64,000 nucleotides of DNA from a virus, in the IMG/VR virus record IMGVR_UViG_3300009068_000024, positions 32,001-96,000 of that record, one strand, 5' to 3'. The notes under the pieces are model-generated. The model ran no database searches. It saw only the letters and a list, made by a program, of their open reading frames with translations, and was not told the origin of the DNA. The translations under genes were made by a program, and so were the position numbers. Below, in pieces: positions 28,101 to 38,200 of this stretch (the first letter of the stretch is position 1; each line of letters opens with the position of its first letter).

Positions 28101-31100
28101 AAGGACATGAATGCTCGTGAAATCCGTGAATGGTATTACACCTTTAAGGAGCACCCTTTTAAAGATCAGTACAAGCCTAAGAACAAGTATGGCCTAGTTG
28201 CTAGAGATTTTGACGGTGCATCTGACAGGATGCTTGCCAGCATTGAACGTATCTTTGACAAAGGATTAGCAAGCGATCGAGAGATAGCTGCAATTGTTAA
28301 GTCTGTTCCTAGAATGAACAAGTACGAGGTAAGCACTCAGATCATGTCTGAGCTTAAAGCTCGTGAAGATGCTTATGACAGCGTTCTAATCAAGAAGGCC
28401 GTTGAAGGCGGAAAGTCAATCAATGATCTAGATTTAGTAGATCTTATCGGCAGACCTAATGCACCTGAAGGCTGGGAAGATTTCAAGCCAAACGATGAAG
28501 CTCGTAAAGAGATTCTCGCTGATCAAAAAGACGAGGAAGAGGTCAAGCAGTTTGTTGACAAGCAAGCTCGTAAGAATGCTGCCCGCAGATCTCGATACGC
28601 TCTAGCTCGTCTAGCAGCTTTTATTGCTAACAATAGGGACCTAGTTAATGCTGATGGCAAGAGAATTATCGACGGAGCACTCGACGACATTAGAGACCTT
28701 AAGCGTATGCTTGACCTACGTAGAAAGTATGTAATCAAGCCTGCTAAGGTTATGGAACGTCTAGAGACCATTAAGAAGGGTCTAACTGATTCAGACAATG
28801 CTCACACTTATGGACGTCTTAAGAATAAGAAGCCTAAGACAGTAGACACTCTTGAAAGACTTGCAGCTGAAGTTGGATCTGTAATTGGAAGAGACGGTTA
28901 CCACAACGGTCCTTACGAAAACGACTATGACCCATCTCTAGAAGATGAAGTAGATCACAGCACATCGGCAGAAGTATTTGAGCCAAACCCTGCTGAATCT
29001 CCAGAGATTCCAGCTGTTGATGATCCAGTTCCTGGACTTATTGACTACTCTAACCACCCAAACAGACCTAGAGGTCCAAGAAGACTTAAGCCTAAGGCTT
29101 TCTGGGGTGTAGTAAGAGATTGGGTAGCCGGAGCTAAGACATTTGACGATGTTGAGAATGCCCTTAAAGATAAAGAACTGCATTTCATAGACTTCGAAAC
29201 TACTGGAGTTTTTGACCCGCTACAGCCACACGTTAAGAACGACCCTATCCAGATTGCTATCTACAAAGTTAAAAACGGAGAAATTCTTGACAAGTTTGTA
29301 GCTTACATGAACCCTGGATCTATCCCAAGTTCCTGGGCTATGACAACTCTGAGAGATGACAAAGGTAATCGAATTACTCCAGAATGGCTAGCAAGTCTTC
29401 CAAGTAAAAGCGAGGTTATAGCTAAGGCCGTAGAATTCCTAGGTCCAAATGCTGTACTAGCCGGACATAATATTGCTGATTTTGACTTAGAGGTTCTAAA
29501 CAGAACTCTTAGAGAAGCAGGGCTAAATGAATACTCTCCTGCCGGAATGGTTGATACTCTAGGTTTAGCTGACTACATTTATAACGTATTTAGTAAGATT
29601 AACCCTAGCGGTCCTTACAAGATGGACACCTTTGGACCATTCGGTTCAACTGCTATCGAAGCTCTAGCTAGATATGAAGGAATTCCTTTCCAAGAGTTGC
29701 ACGACTCTGCTAAGGATCTAGAAATCAACATTCAGCTTCTAGACAAGATGCTTCAGAGAGCTAAATCTGGGACTGACTTGATTAAAGACAATGTCTTTGA
29801 CCTCGACGCTTCAGATAAAGATTACGATGCAAAACTTCCTAAATACCTTGCAGGTAGAGAAGCCTTTATTGAACGTGCTGTTAAGTTCATAGCTGATATG
29901 GCAGTTAAAGAAGCACTTAAGGGCTCGGAACCTGATCCTAAGGATCTTGAAGAAGAAGTACGCAATGCTTTGAATGGAGGGGCGGCTGATGGAAACCCTC
30001 AGGGAGATGGTCCTCCTGCGATTATCCTTCCAGTAGTCGACGGTGAGCAACCTATCACCGAGAGCAACGTTATTCCAGACCCTATTAACAGAATCAAGCC
30101 TCCAAGCCCTAAGCAGCTAAAGAGCGTTGAAAGACGTCTTCTAGACACTAGAGGTCTAGTTTCAGCTGAAAGAGCAGCCGAGATCTGGGATCTTCTACCT
30201 AACGTCAACTCCAACGAGATCGGTGATCTAGTTCGAGAGATGGATGCAGCGGAACTTGACTATGCTATTGCAAACAACTTGCCAATAGATAATTTCCGTA
30301 TTCCACTTGACTACGACATGGAGAAACTTGAGGCTTACAAGGATAAGATGTATCCTGACCGCAACAAGAAAGATGGCCCTAGCCAACTACGTCAAGGTCT
30401 AAACTCACAGAGCGTTTTGTCTGAGATTTCATATGCTATGACTAACTTGCAAGATGCTTTAGGTTCTACTAGTAGTCCAGCAGAAAAGCGTGTTATCAAC
30501 TCTGCCATTAAAAAGCTAGAACAAGCTGCTCAAGACGAGATCAATAATCCATCTCAGAACAGAGAGCGTCCTGCAGATACCAAGGATAAGGCTGAACTGG
30601 CTACAGGTAGACACGACATTGGATTCTTGGATAAGGAATACACTGCACAGCAACAAGATGCTATTGAAGCCGGTATTCGCGGTTGGTCAGTTGTTATCAA
30701 GGCTCTAGCCGGTACAGGTAAGACTACCACTTTGATCGGTCTTGCAAAAGCAATACTTCACTACTTCCCTAAGAAGAGAATTCTTGCTATGGCTTTCAAC
30801 AAAGCTATTGCAGATGAAAACAGACTTAAGTTCCCTGGAAATACTGAAATTAGAACTATGGACTCTGTATCTTTCAAAGCTCCTGTAAATAGCAAACTTT
30901 CTAAGAAGTTTACTGCTATGAAGAAGCAGTCGGATGCAAAAAATAGACCGATCAATGGCTTTTTGGACATAGCTGATTACTTCAAGATTCCAAACGAAGT
31001 AGAGCTAAGTAATGGACAAAGAATTTCTAAGTTCTTAGCAGTAAAAATTACACTTAAGGGTCTAAACAACTGGACTATTAGTGCAGATGACATGATCGAA

Positions 31101-34100
31101 AGAAAACACTTCGACGATGCAATTGGAGAAAGAATAGGCGGTCCTGAGGCTTATACCCCATTCTTCCTAGAGCTAGCTCAGAAAATATGGAAAGAAAAAC
31201 TAGAGCCGCACGATGACAGCGTTCGTCAGATTCCTGTAACTTTCAACGATATGATGAAGAACTTCGCTCTTAGCCACCCTAATCTAAAAGAAGTTAACTC
31301 TAAGGGAGAAAGCGCCCACGGTCTTGGTGCAATCCCAGACATTATTCTGATTGATGAGGCTCAGGACGTTAACGGAGTATTCTTTAGACTTATGGATGAG
31401 CAAGAGACTCTACACAACAATGGCATACAACTTGTTGTTGTTGGAGATCCTCACCAATCTATCTATCAGTTCCGTGGAGCCGTCAACAGCCTAAATATGT
31501 TTAGAAGAATGGTAACCCTACCTCTAACCATGATGTTCCGTGCCGGACAAGATGTTGCTGATTTTGCTAACCAGGTTTTGGAGATTAAGGACGAGGATGA
31601 CGAACGTCTAGTCGGAAATCCAAATAAGACTTCAAGTCTTGCAACTCCTGGAAGTATGACAGATGCAGACATGATTCTTACCACAACCAACGCTGATGCT
31701 CTACTAGAAATTATGACTATGGTTGGTAGAGGTCAACGTGCTGGTGTTATTAGAGAATTTAAAGCTGAAATGAATAGTTTCTTGGCTACAGCTAAGTGGC
31801 TATTCTTCGGTGCTAACCCTAAGTACCGCCCATCAAATGCGCATGAGGACTTAGATTCCTACGACAGCTGGAAGCAAATGCTTGAACTTCACCAAGAAGA
31901 TTCTGATCCAGCAGTAGGAAGATTGCTAGGCATTATGGAGTTGACTCAAGCTCGCCTAGAGGAGCAAGAAAGAGACAGCGATGGTAAGGCAGTATTTGCT
32001 GAACTAAAGCGAACAGTCGACGGTGCAAGAATCATTGGTATTCAAGGATTCAAAAAGCCGTTGGATGGCGACTGGGGCGATGAAGGTGATCTTGGTAACT
32101 TTATAAGTTATAAGATTGAAAATGGAGTTATCCGTCTATACAATACTGGAGACGCTAAGCCTTGGACACCTGAGCTTAAGAATCCTAATAATGGAACTAA
32201 GAATAACTCTGACACCTTATCTTCAATGGGCTACACATGGGATACAGGTAAGACTTGGGACTGGACCACTCCTGTTCAAGGAAATGGATCTGAGCAACTA
32301 AGCGCTCTTGTAGACGCTCTAAGTGGTGCAGATGTCGACAGCGTAGTTCTAACTGCTCACCGAGCCAAGGGACTAGAAGCTAAACAAGTTAAACTTTCAG
32401 GAACATGGTTCAAGCCTAACCCACAAAAAGATGCTGACGCTATCGAGAAGGGCAATATGCCTAGATCTCTTACTACAGAAGCATTGAACCTTATGTATGT
32501 TGCTGCAACTAGAACTATGGATGAATTAGATCCTGGAATGTTGGATTGGCTAGATGGTAAGACAGAAGAATTCAAGTCAAAGCGTAAGGATTACCTACGC
32601 CAGCTAGAAGCTAGGTCTGATAAGAGCCCTGATCAACCTACTTCAAAGAATGTTGAAAGCTCAGGACCTGAAATTGTAGAAGTAGATCCTAATACTCTAC
32701 AAAAGGGTGACACTGTAGTTACTGCTAAGGGAAACAAGAGAATTAAGATGATAAGTCGTCACGATTCCGATGAAGTTAGTGTATTCTTTGAAGCTATTGA
32801 TGGCGGTGGCGGTATGACATATCGTAACGGTGGAATGGCTAAAAAGGTTATTGGAGGACCGTCACAGAACCGTGAAGGAGCTACTAACCCTGACACCAAG
32901 TATGACTACACTGCTGACTGGAACACCGAATACCTTGGTGGACCTAACGGCGACTCATATAAGCACACTTGGAGCTCTCCAGATGGTAAGTATGAAGCAG
33001 ATATCACTAACGACTCTATTGCAGTTCGTAAGAATGGTAAAACTATATTCCAAGGAGATAACGGTCTGGATGCTAAGTCAGACCCAGAGAACGTCAGAGA
33101 ATCTAGCTTAGATATAGTTGCAAAGGCTATTGAATCAGATTCAGATATTAGCCCTAATAGATCCACTCCTGAGCAACCAGTAATGTCTCAGGAAGAGATT
33201 AATGCAGCCTACGACGAAGCTATCCAAGCCGAGTACGACTACCAGATGTCTCTTGAACCTATTTCTCGTGATCCTCGGTTCCCTGGCGGAGAGCGTGGTC
33301 TTAAGGAGCTTACAGAGGCAGTTCACGCTGCTGAAAGAATGGCAGCCGAAATCGAGACCCCTGTTCTTGACCCTATCCCTAACGGATTAGACCCAGAAGA
33401 GTACGTGGCTCAACTCAGATCAGCTTTGCCAAATAAAAAAATAGAACTTTATACTGACGAAAATGGTAATAAGTTTGTAAAGGTCTCTGAAGTAGCAAAT
33501 AGATCTGGAATCTTTGGAGCATCTCAAGCAATTTTTGGTATGAAAGACCTAGAAGACAACGGTCCTTCTCAAAACCGCGAAAATAACAAACCTATAAAGA
33601 GCAATAAAGATGCTGTAGATCAGGTTATGGCTCAGATTACCGAAGCTATGGATAAGGGAATTATTCCTTGGAAGAAGCCTTGGACTGGCGGCGGATCTTG
33701 GCTACCAACATCTGGTGCTACCGGTAAGAACTACAAGGGTGGAAACCTAATCATCCTGCAAGTTCTAGGTCAGTTTAGAGGCTATGAAGGAACACGCTGG
33801 TATACAAAGAACGCTATTGCTAAGCTTGGTGGCTACGTCGACGAGAACGATGGCGTGCTTATCACCAAGGTTGTGAAGAGTAAGTACACTGTAAAGCCAG
33901 ACGAGACCAAGACTATCATTGACCCAAAGACTGGTGATCAAAAGCCGGATGATGGTTCTAGAACCAAGACTAGACTCGACATTGATGTTGTCTATAACGA
34001 AGATGTGGTTAAGGGTATTACTATTCCACCACTTCCTAGAAAAGACCCACCTCCTATGCACGAAGTAGAAGATATTATTCTAGATTCTTACACAAATGGA

Positions 34101-34823
34101 CCTAATATCAAATACAGCCCTGGAGACTCGGCTTTCTGGTCACCTGATACTGACACAATCAGCTTGCCTCTGAGAGAACAGTTCAATAGCACTGAAGAGC
34201 ACCTAGATACTTTGTTCCATGAACTTACCCACAGTACTGGTGCCTCGGACAGACTAGACCGTAAGGATCTTCTAGAAAACTACGGCAAGCACAAGGATGT
34301 TCGTGCTCGTGAAGAACTTATTGCAGAAATTGGAGCAGCTATTCTAGCTTCTATGTTTGGGATCAACACTAGCATCGAAAACGTAGCTGCTTATGTTCAG
34401 TCTTGGAAGAGATTCCTAGAAACAGAGCCGAACGCTCTATTCGAGGCTGCTTCTATGGCAAGCAAGGCGGTTGATTACATCCTAGCCGGCTACTATGAAG
34501 ACAATCCAGATGAAGAGTATGATCCAAATAGCCAACCTGGAGCTACTTCTATGCCAATCGAACCGATTACTGGTGAAGATGGTTCTTCAGGAGGTCTTGG
34601 AGGCGGTGTCAACTATCGAATCGAAGGTAACCGAATCTTCCTGATGGGCGATACTATGGCTGCTAAGGATCTGATCAAGAGCATCTCTCTAGTTCCTAAA
34701 GATAAGAAGATCCCATTCTCATTCTTCTGGGACAGAAAAGCGAACAACTGGAGTATTAGCCTAGGTGATCCTGAGGATAGAGTAAATATTCTTAACCAAC
34801 TTAAAGCACTCCTAGGTGGTTAA
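25134..34823 (+). CDS. 3229-aa polyvalent protein: DEDDh exonuclease, UvrD-like SF1 helicase, ArdC-like ssDNA-binding domain plus zincin metallopeptidase
   Basis: FIDFETTG (about 29183); ALAGTGKTT, IDEAQD, VGDPHQSIYQFRGA, TAHRAKGLE, YVAATR (30700-32510); PWKKPW...YKGGN; HELTH...EELIAE (about 34218). Confidence 0.85.
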   Translation: MSKKINLIKQFDDQLAVEMPEDISVSELIFNFTLEQNARVEEIRRVTEQQLETVALRSLTASATENLTTDVRYFNVLRELSHFLSLATEGPRPNGEDRNTDLLPEYHPSSTAELSLDPITFRARRGAWYSADPRIEDEEVRSLVASVYGSHPMDVQFQHAYTRLLALPAGSLPVDIIVSPLTAGVWGKVKSTYSKAMNVFKGKNSSFWRSLRAKRQLRDSKGRWIEMGGGGQVNVRFPRGNVRAVSGKVAGYSTKGGYIDFEVTDIPGLKNGLYRVPAAAFEGVAAILPAEAVKGLPVGNAIPDDNQIIDIKDLVPAEMPEGWVKSPYTPTSSVFDNNELDSDSVYDSADGYTATVVNKPGKVSEGFVNKAKETYGDTLEIVGSDGTENLDMSKPLITVWASKRGKGAKSPIGFAQDWAGVQKIAGDEDDRFGDKDNQDLTPEEKPKAMIPAQPSQRREKPEDEGEPNKPYDDGSNPDASMPEGWNKIGDHTYLSKDRRFRVTYGFGQSDVVLVYDQRTGNVSFQPIMSDGVYTLTERDGNGDFTMDTQIPFFNWEQVEDQVHAIKYLEALDPLFNPNIANVPDYQREMYSKLDPSERFQYDYFGPGSDMIKKADAIIAQFLQDFYPGDFTSPKFNDNGFWSGKGARSDTSARIVDSGDNLRSVQIIDKRIGPLKTHPIYPGEDENEVLTQALRDWFVLPDNLQRFSLYSEFKDFDITNGRSAEKTRKAVAEIYYEMHVASENEPNKFNDDTYYVSRLHSGLRKYVDSKEAKNTDLGPSQNRANDDFIPNEGQVRRLVAILNSRYVQDEPELWDKVRAIRKNPEEHTVKEVNDLAAYIEKNFRELTSPEKGLASWLQKSYLKWALDNKNWSKEEAEEIRKKIDNNTLTRAEYDQLHERAYNLPFKPLQAPEPTPEEIAELEKLRAAENTVNGKPDYWLADQPTESPKYLRSNIPQEAMGPSDGQLVGIERFLEDRNIPEELVQEFMDNYKDMNAREIREWYYTFKEHPFKDQYKPKNKYGLVARDFDGASDRMLASIERIFDKGLASDREIAAIVKSVPRMNKYEVSTQIMSELKAREDAYDSVLIKKAVEGGKSINDLDLVDLIGRPNAPEGWEDFKPNDEARKEILADQKDEEEVKQFVDKQARKNAARRSRYALARLAAFIANNRDLVNADGKRIIDGALDDIRDLKRMLDLRRKYVIKPAKVMERLETIKKGLTDSDNAHTYGRLKNKKPKTVDTLERLAAEVGSVIGRDGYHNGPYENDYDPSLEDEVDHSTSAEVFEPNPAESPEIPAVDDPVPGLIDYSNHPNRPRGPRRLKPKAFWGVVRDWVAGAKTFDDVENALKDKELHFIDFETTGVFDPLQPHVKNDPIQIAIYKVKNGEILDKFVAYMNPGSIPSSWAMTTLRDDKGNRITPEWLASLPSKSEVIAKAVEFLGPNAVLAGHNIADFDLEVLNRTLREAGLNEYSPAGMVDTLGLADYIYNVFSKINPSGPYKMDTFGPFGSTAIEALARYEGIPFQELHDSAKDLEINIQLLDKMLQRAKSGTDLIKDNVFDLDASDKDYDAKLPKYLAGREAFIERAVKFIADMAVKEALKGSEPDPKDLEEEVRNALNGGAADGNPQGDGPPAIILPVVDGEQPITESNVIPDPINRIKPPSPKQLKSVERRLLDTRGLVSAERAAEIWDLLPNVNSNEIGDLVREMDAAELDYAIANNLPIDNFRIPLDYDMEKLEAYKDKMYPDRNKKDGPSQLRQGLNSQSVLSEISYAMTNLQDALGSTSSPAEKRVINSAIKKLEQAAQDEINNPSQNRERPADTKDKAELATGRHDIGFLDKEYTAQQQDAIEAGIRGWSVVIKALAGTGKTTTLIGLAKAILHYFPKKRILAMAFNKAIADENRLKFPGNTEIRTMDSVSFKAPVNSKLSKKFTAMKKQSDAKNRPINGFLDIADYFKIPNEVELSNGQRISKFLAVKITLKGLNNWTISADDMIERKHFDDAIGERIGGPEAYTPFFLELAQKIWKEKLEPHDDSVRQIPVTFNDMMKNFALSHPNLKEVNSKGESAHGLGAIPDIILIDEAQDVNGVFFRLMDEQETLHNNGIQLVVVGDPHQSIYQFRGAVNSLNMFRRMVTLPLTMMFRAGQDVADFANQVLEIKDEDDERLVGNPNKTSSLATPGSMTDADMILTTTNADALLEIMTMVGRGQRAGVIREFKAEMNSFLATAKWLFFGANPKYRPSNAHEDLDSYDSWKQMLELHQEDSDPAVGRLLGIMELTQARLEEQERDSDGKAVFAELKRTVDGARIIGIQGFKKPLDGDWGDEGDLGNFISYKIENGVIRLYNTGDAKPWTPELKNPNNGTKNNSDTLSSMGYTWDTGKTWDWTTPVQGNGSEQLSALVDALSGADVDSVVLTAHRAKGLEAKQVKLSGTWFKPNPQKDADAIEKGNMPRSLTTEALNLMYVAATRTMDELDPGMLDWLDGKTEEFKSKRKDYLRQLEARSDKSPDQPTSKNVESSGPEIVEVDPNTLQKGDTVVTAKGNKRIKMISRHDSDEVSVFFEAIDGGGGMTYRNGGMAKKVIGGPSQNREGATNPDTKYDYTADWNTEYLGGPNGDSYKHTWSSPDGKYEADITNDSIAVRKNGKTIFQGDNGLDAKSDPENVRESSLDIVAKAIESDSDISPNRSTPEQPVMSQEEINAAYDEAIQAEYDYQMSLEPISRDPRFPGGERGLKELTEAVHAAERMAAEIETPVLDPIPNGLDPEEYVAQLRSALPNKKIELYTDENGNKFVKVSEVANRSGIFGASQAIFGMKDLEDNGPSQNRENNKPIKSNKDAVDQVMAQITEAMDKGIIPWKKPWTGGGSWLPTSGATGKNYKGGNLIILQVLGQFRGYEGTRWYTKNAIAKLGGYVDENDGVLITKVVKSKYTVKPDETKTIIDPKTGDQKPDDGSRTKTRLDIDVVYNEDVVKGITIPPLPRKDPPPMHEVEDIILDSYTNGPNIKYSPGDSAFWSPDTDTISLPLREQFNSTEEHLDTLFHELTHSTGASDRLDRKDLLENYGKHKDVRAREELIAEIGAAILASMFGINTSIENVAAYVQSWKRFLETEPNALFEAASMASKAVDYILAGYYEDNPDEEYDPNSQPGATSMPIEPITGEDGSSGGLGGGVNYRIEGNRIFLMGDTMAAKDLIKSISLVPKDKKIPFSFFWDRKANNWSISLGDPEDRVNILNQLKALLGG

Positions 34824-34891
34824 TTAAGTCTTTATTCAGATACTTTGGTATACTATTTACAGACTTATTAATAACTTAGAGGAGTATTTAC

Positions 34892-35044
34892 ATGGAAAAT
34901 TATTTGAACCCTGATCACTATACTCCTGAAGATGAAGAGTATTGGACTGCTATCTCTTTCCCAAACCCCGATCCAGATTTCCTATATGATAGTGGTGAAG
35001 AGGATGTAGCAGAGCCTACTCCTAAAAACACTCCGTCAGAATAA
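34892..35044 (+). CDS. small acidic protein
   Basis: RBS gaggag, 50 codons, read by hand. Confidence 0.55.
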   Translation: MENYLNPDHYTPEDEEYWTAISFPNPDPDFLYDSGEEDVAEPTPKNTPSE

Positions 35045-35061
35045 CTACGTAGGATATATAA

Positions 35062-35265
35062 ATGGACGAAAATAAAAAGTCTAAGGCCGAGCCTATGCTT
35101 ACCGTAGAGTCTTATAGAAATGACGAGCACATCATTAAAGAAGTGCCGTACTCATCTCTTAGCATCGAGCAATTAGTCAATCTAGCTCTAGGTGGATCTA
35201 AAGCTGCCAATGAAGAACTGCAGCGTTTGGTTGGAGTAGACATCCTTAAGGGTGGCGAAGAGTAG
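35062..35265 (+). CDS. hypothetical protein
   Basis: ORF whose stop overlaps the start of the giant gene. Confidence 0.65.
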   Translation: MDENKKSKAEPMLTVESYRNDEHIIKEVPYSSLSIEQLVNLALGGSKAANEELQRLVGVDILKGGEE

Positions 35266-38200
35266 TGGATTTTGAATACCTAAAACCTATCGTAGCTGAC
35301 GGCTCGGGAGATGGAGACGGCGAGTACACCTCTGCCGAACGTCGTGCCGACGTTGCTACTCAGTTCCGTGACAAATACGGACGCTGGGTTGAGATGGGTC
35401 GAGGTATTAAAGGTAAGATCCGTCTAGGTAAGCGTAGAGGTTCTGATGCAGGTAGAACTGCACGTATTGTCGGTAAGTTTATCAATGCAACTCCTGACGG
35501 TAAGTATGCAAGAGTTTTGGTTGACCCTAGTGATCCTTATTTTGCTGGAAAAGTTGCTTACATTAGGTATGACAATGCTGAAGAAGTACTTGCAACACTA
35601 GACCCTGAATACCTAAAAAAGCGTGGAATTGAGCTAGGGAAAAATACTGAAGGGTATGAAGTTGGAGACGGTGGCATTCAAGATGAAGACACTCTTAGAA
35701 TAGAAGACCCGACTCCACAGGATCTTAAAGATGCCGAAGCCGATCTTCCGGACCCGGGTGATTATAGGGAAGAAGCCGCTAAAAGAACTGCAACTGCACT
35801 CACTGGTAAAGATCTAGCTGTTGGAAATATTGTTTACGATCAGGGAGCTGATCAGTACGGAAAAATTACTCAGGTTAGAACTCTAGCTGACGGTACTAAG
35901 CAGATATTTATTCAGTTCCAAAATGGACGTCGTGCCATTATGAACATTGCTGCTGATCACCCTATTCAAGCTTGGTTAGGTGAAGAAGAGGCTAAACCTA
36001 CTCCAGAAGTTACACCTTCTCAGAGTAGAGAAGGATCTTCGATTGCTGATTTAGGTATTGACCTACAGCCAGCAACTATGGATGCCAACGGTGCACGCCT
36101 ACCTACCCCTGGTGCTTTTACTGGAGTTCTACAAAGAATCCTAGGCGGAGCCAAAAACTGGGCAGACGTTGCTAAAAGGCTATTAAACCAAACAATAACA
36201 TACTTTGACTTTGAAACAACTGGTATTAGCAACTACGATGGTGACGGAATTAAGAACTCTCCTATCCAGCTTGGCGCAGTAAAAGTTAAAAATGGAAAGA
36301 TTATTGGTAGATTCAATGTCTACATTAATCCTGGTAGTAAGCTTTCTGAATGGTCTGCAGATAACCTTAAGCGTGATGTTATTGATGAAAACGGAAACGT
36401 AGTTTTAGATGAAAACGGTAAGCCAGTAACTATTCCTGTAACTGCAGAGTGGCTTTCCGAGCAGATGAGCCCTGAAGAAGCTCTTAGGCAGTTCTTAGAG
36501 TTTATAGGTCCTAACGCTATTCTTGGTGGACAAAACGTCCCGTTCGATCTAGAGATTCTACAGCGTATGGCCGATGATGCAGGTATCGAACTAAAAATTG
36601 CTGGAACTGTAGATTCTAAAGACCTAGCCTCACTGCTGCCTACGTACGATCCTGAAAAAGGTATTGACGGTCCTAAGCAAATAGCAGACAAAGAAACTGG
36701 CCGTATGCGACCTAGCTCTAGCCTTGGTCCAGTTGCCAACTTCTTAGGTTTTGAACCTGCTAACTGGCACTCAGCTGATGGCGATGCAGAAGATTCTTAC
36801 AACCTTGTTCGAGAAATTATTGCTCGTGCTGCTAGAGAAAATAATCCAGACATGCGTCTACTTGACTTCCCGGAAATGCAGAGACTATACAAAGAACGTA
36901 TGGCTGCATTTAAAAACTCGATATCTTCAAATAACCCAGTTACCGAAGCTCAGCTAAACGCTCTTAATGAACTTGCTAATTCAGACAATCAGGAGATTGC
37001 AACAGAAGCTAGAAAAGCCATCAATGAAGCAACCACTAGAGGTAAGGCTGCAGAAGTACTAGCTCGTTTGAATAATGCTAAGGATAGACCTAACAACAAC
37101 CCTAGCCAGTTTAGGATCGGTGGTGGCGGAGATGTCGGCGATGGCAACGGCATCCCAAATAAAAAAGAATTAGCTATTCTAGAAAGACTCAAGTATTTCT
37201 TAAAGAAGAAATTTACAAAGAAGCCTAAGCAATATATTCCGGTTGGATATGATCGCATTGATAACTGGGGTATGTACCCTCAGTGGTATAAAGATGTTTA
37301 TGAATCTGCTGGAAATCTAGATGACTTTGTAAAGTTATTCTGGAAAGCCCTTAGAGAGTCTTATAAAGGTACCCGTCTTGAAGATCCAGAAGGCAGAACC
37401 GATATAAATGAGACAGAGTATGCTGTAGCAGCTGCTATCTACAAGAATCTACAAGGTATCGGTGAAAAGGTCATACTTCGCTATGGCGAGTTTACAATCG
37501 AGTTTGATAAGCAATCAGATATAAATGGTCAGCTTCTAGACGAACTTAAACCTTACCTAGACACTGCAAGAAAGCTTGGACTTAAGCTTCCGGTAAGAAT
37601 AAAAATTGCTAAGCAAGGGGATCCAGCTTTCACTGAAGGCGAAGTTATTGGCTTTGACAAAAATAATCCTGACATTGGAGTTTTGACTGGAGAGGCTCAC
37701 ACCGAGCCTGATGGCACTATGCATATGATTCTTTGGGATCAGCTTCATAACATGGAAAAGCTTGATGAAAGAAGACTATTTAAAGGATTAAACGAACAGG
37801 GTCAGGAAGAGTATTACGGTCAAAACCCTGGAGGATTTATTCCTGCACTTCAGTATGTATTTTTCCACGAACTAGGTCACCTATGGAATAGAGAAAAGCA
37901 CGGTAGACAGGTAAACTCTCCTGTTTGGGGCGAACTTAAGAAGATGTTCTGGGGCACTGATGCTAAGCCATTCAAGAGATTTGATGTTACCCCAAACTCT
38001 GGCAAAGATTTTGATGAAAGAATGGCTGAACTATTTATGGCAGCCGTTGTCGCATTCCACAATAAAGAGGGTGGTGTTCTACCAAACATCGGCCAGTTCT
38101 GGAAAGTCGCCATCGAGCCTTACATCCACGGAGAGCCGATCAACTGGACTGCAAACTCTACAAGAATTAACCCACCTAAAAAAGAAGAAAAAGGTAAGGG

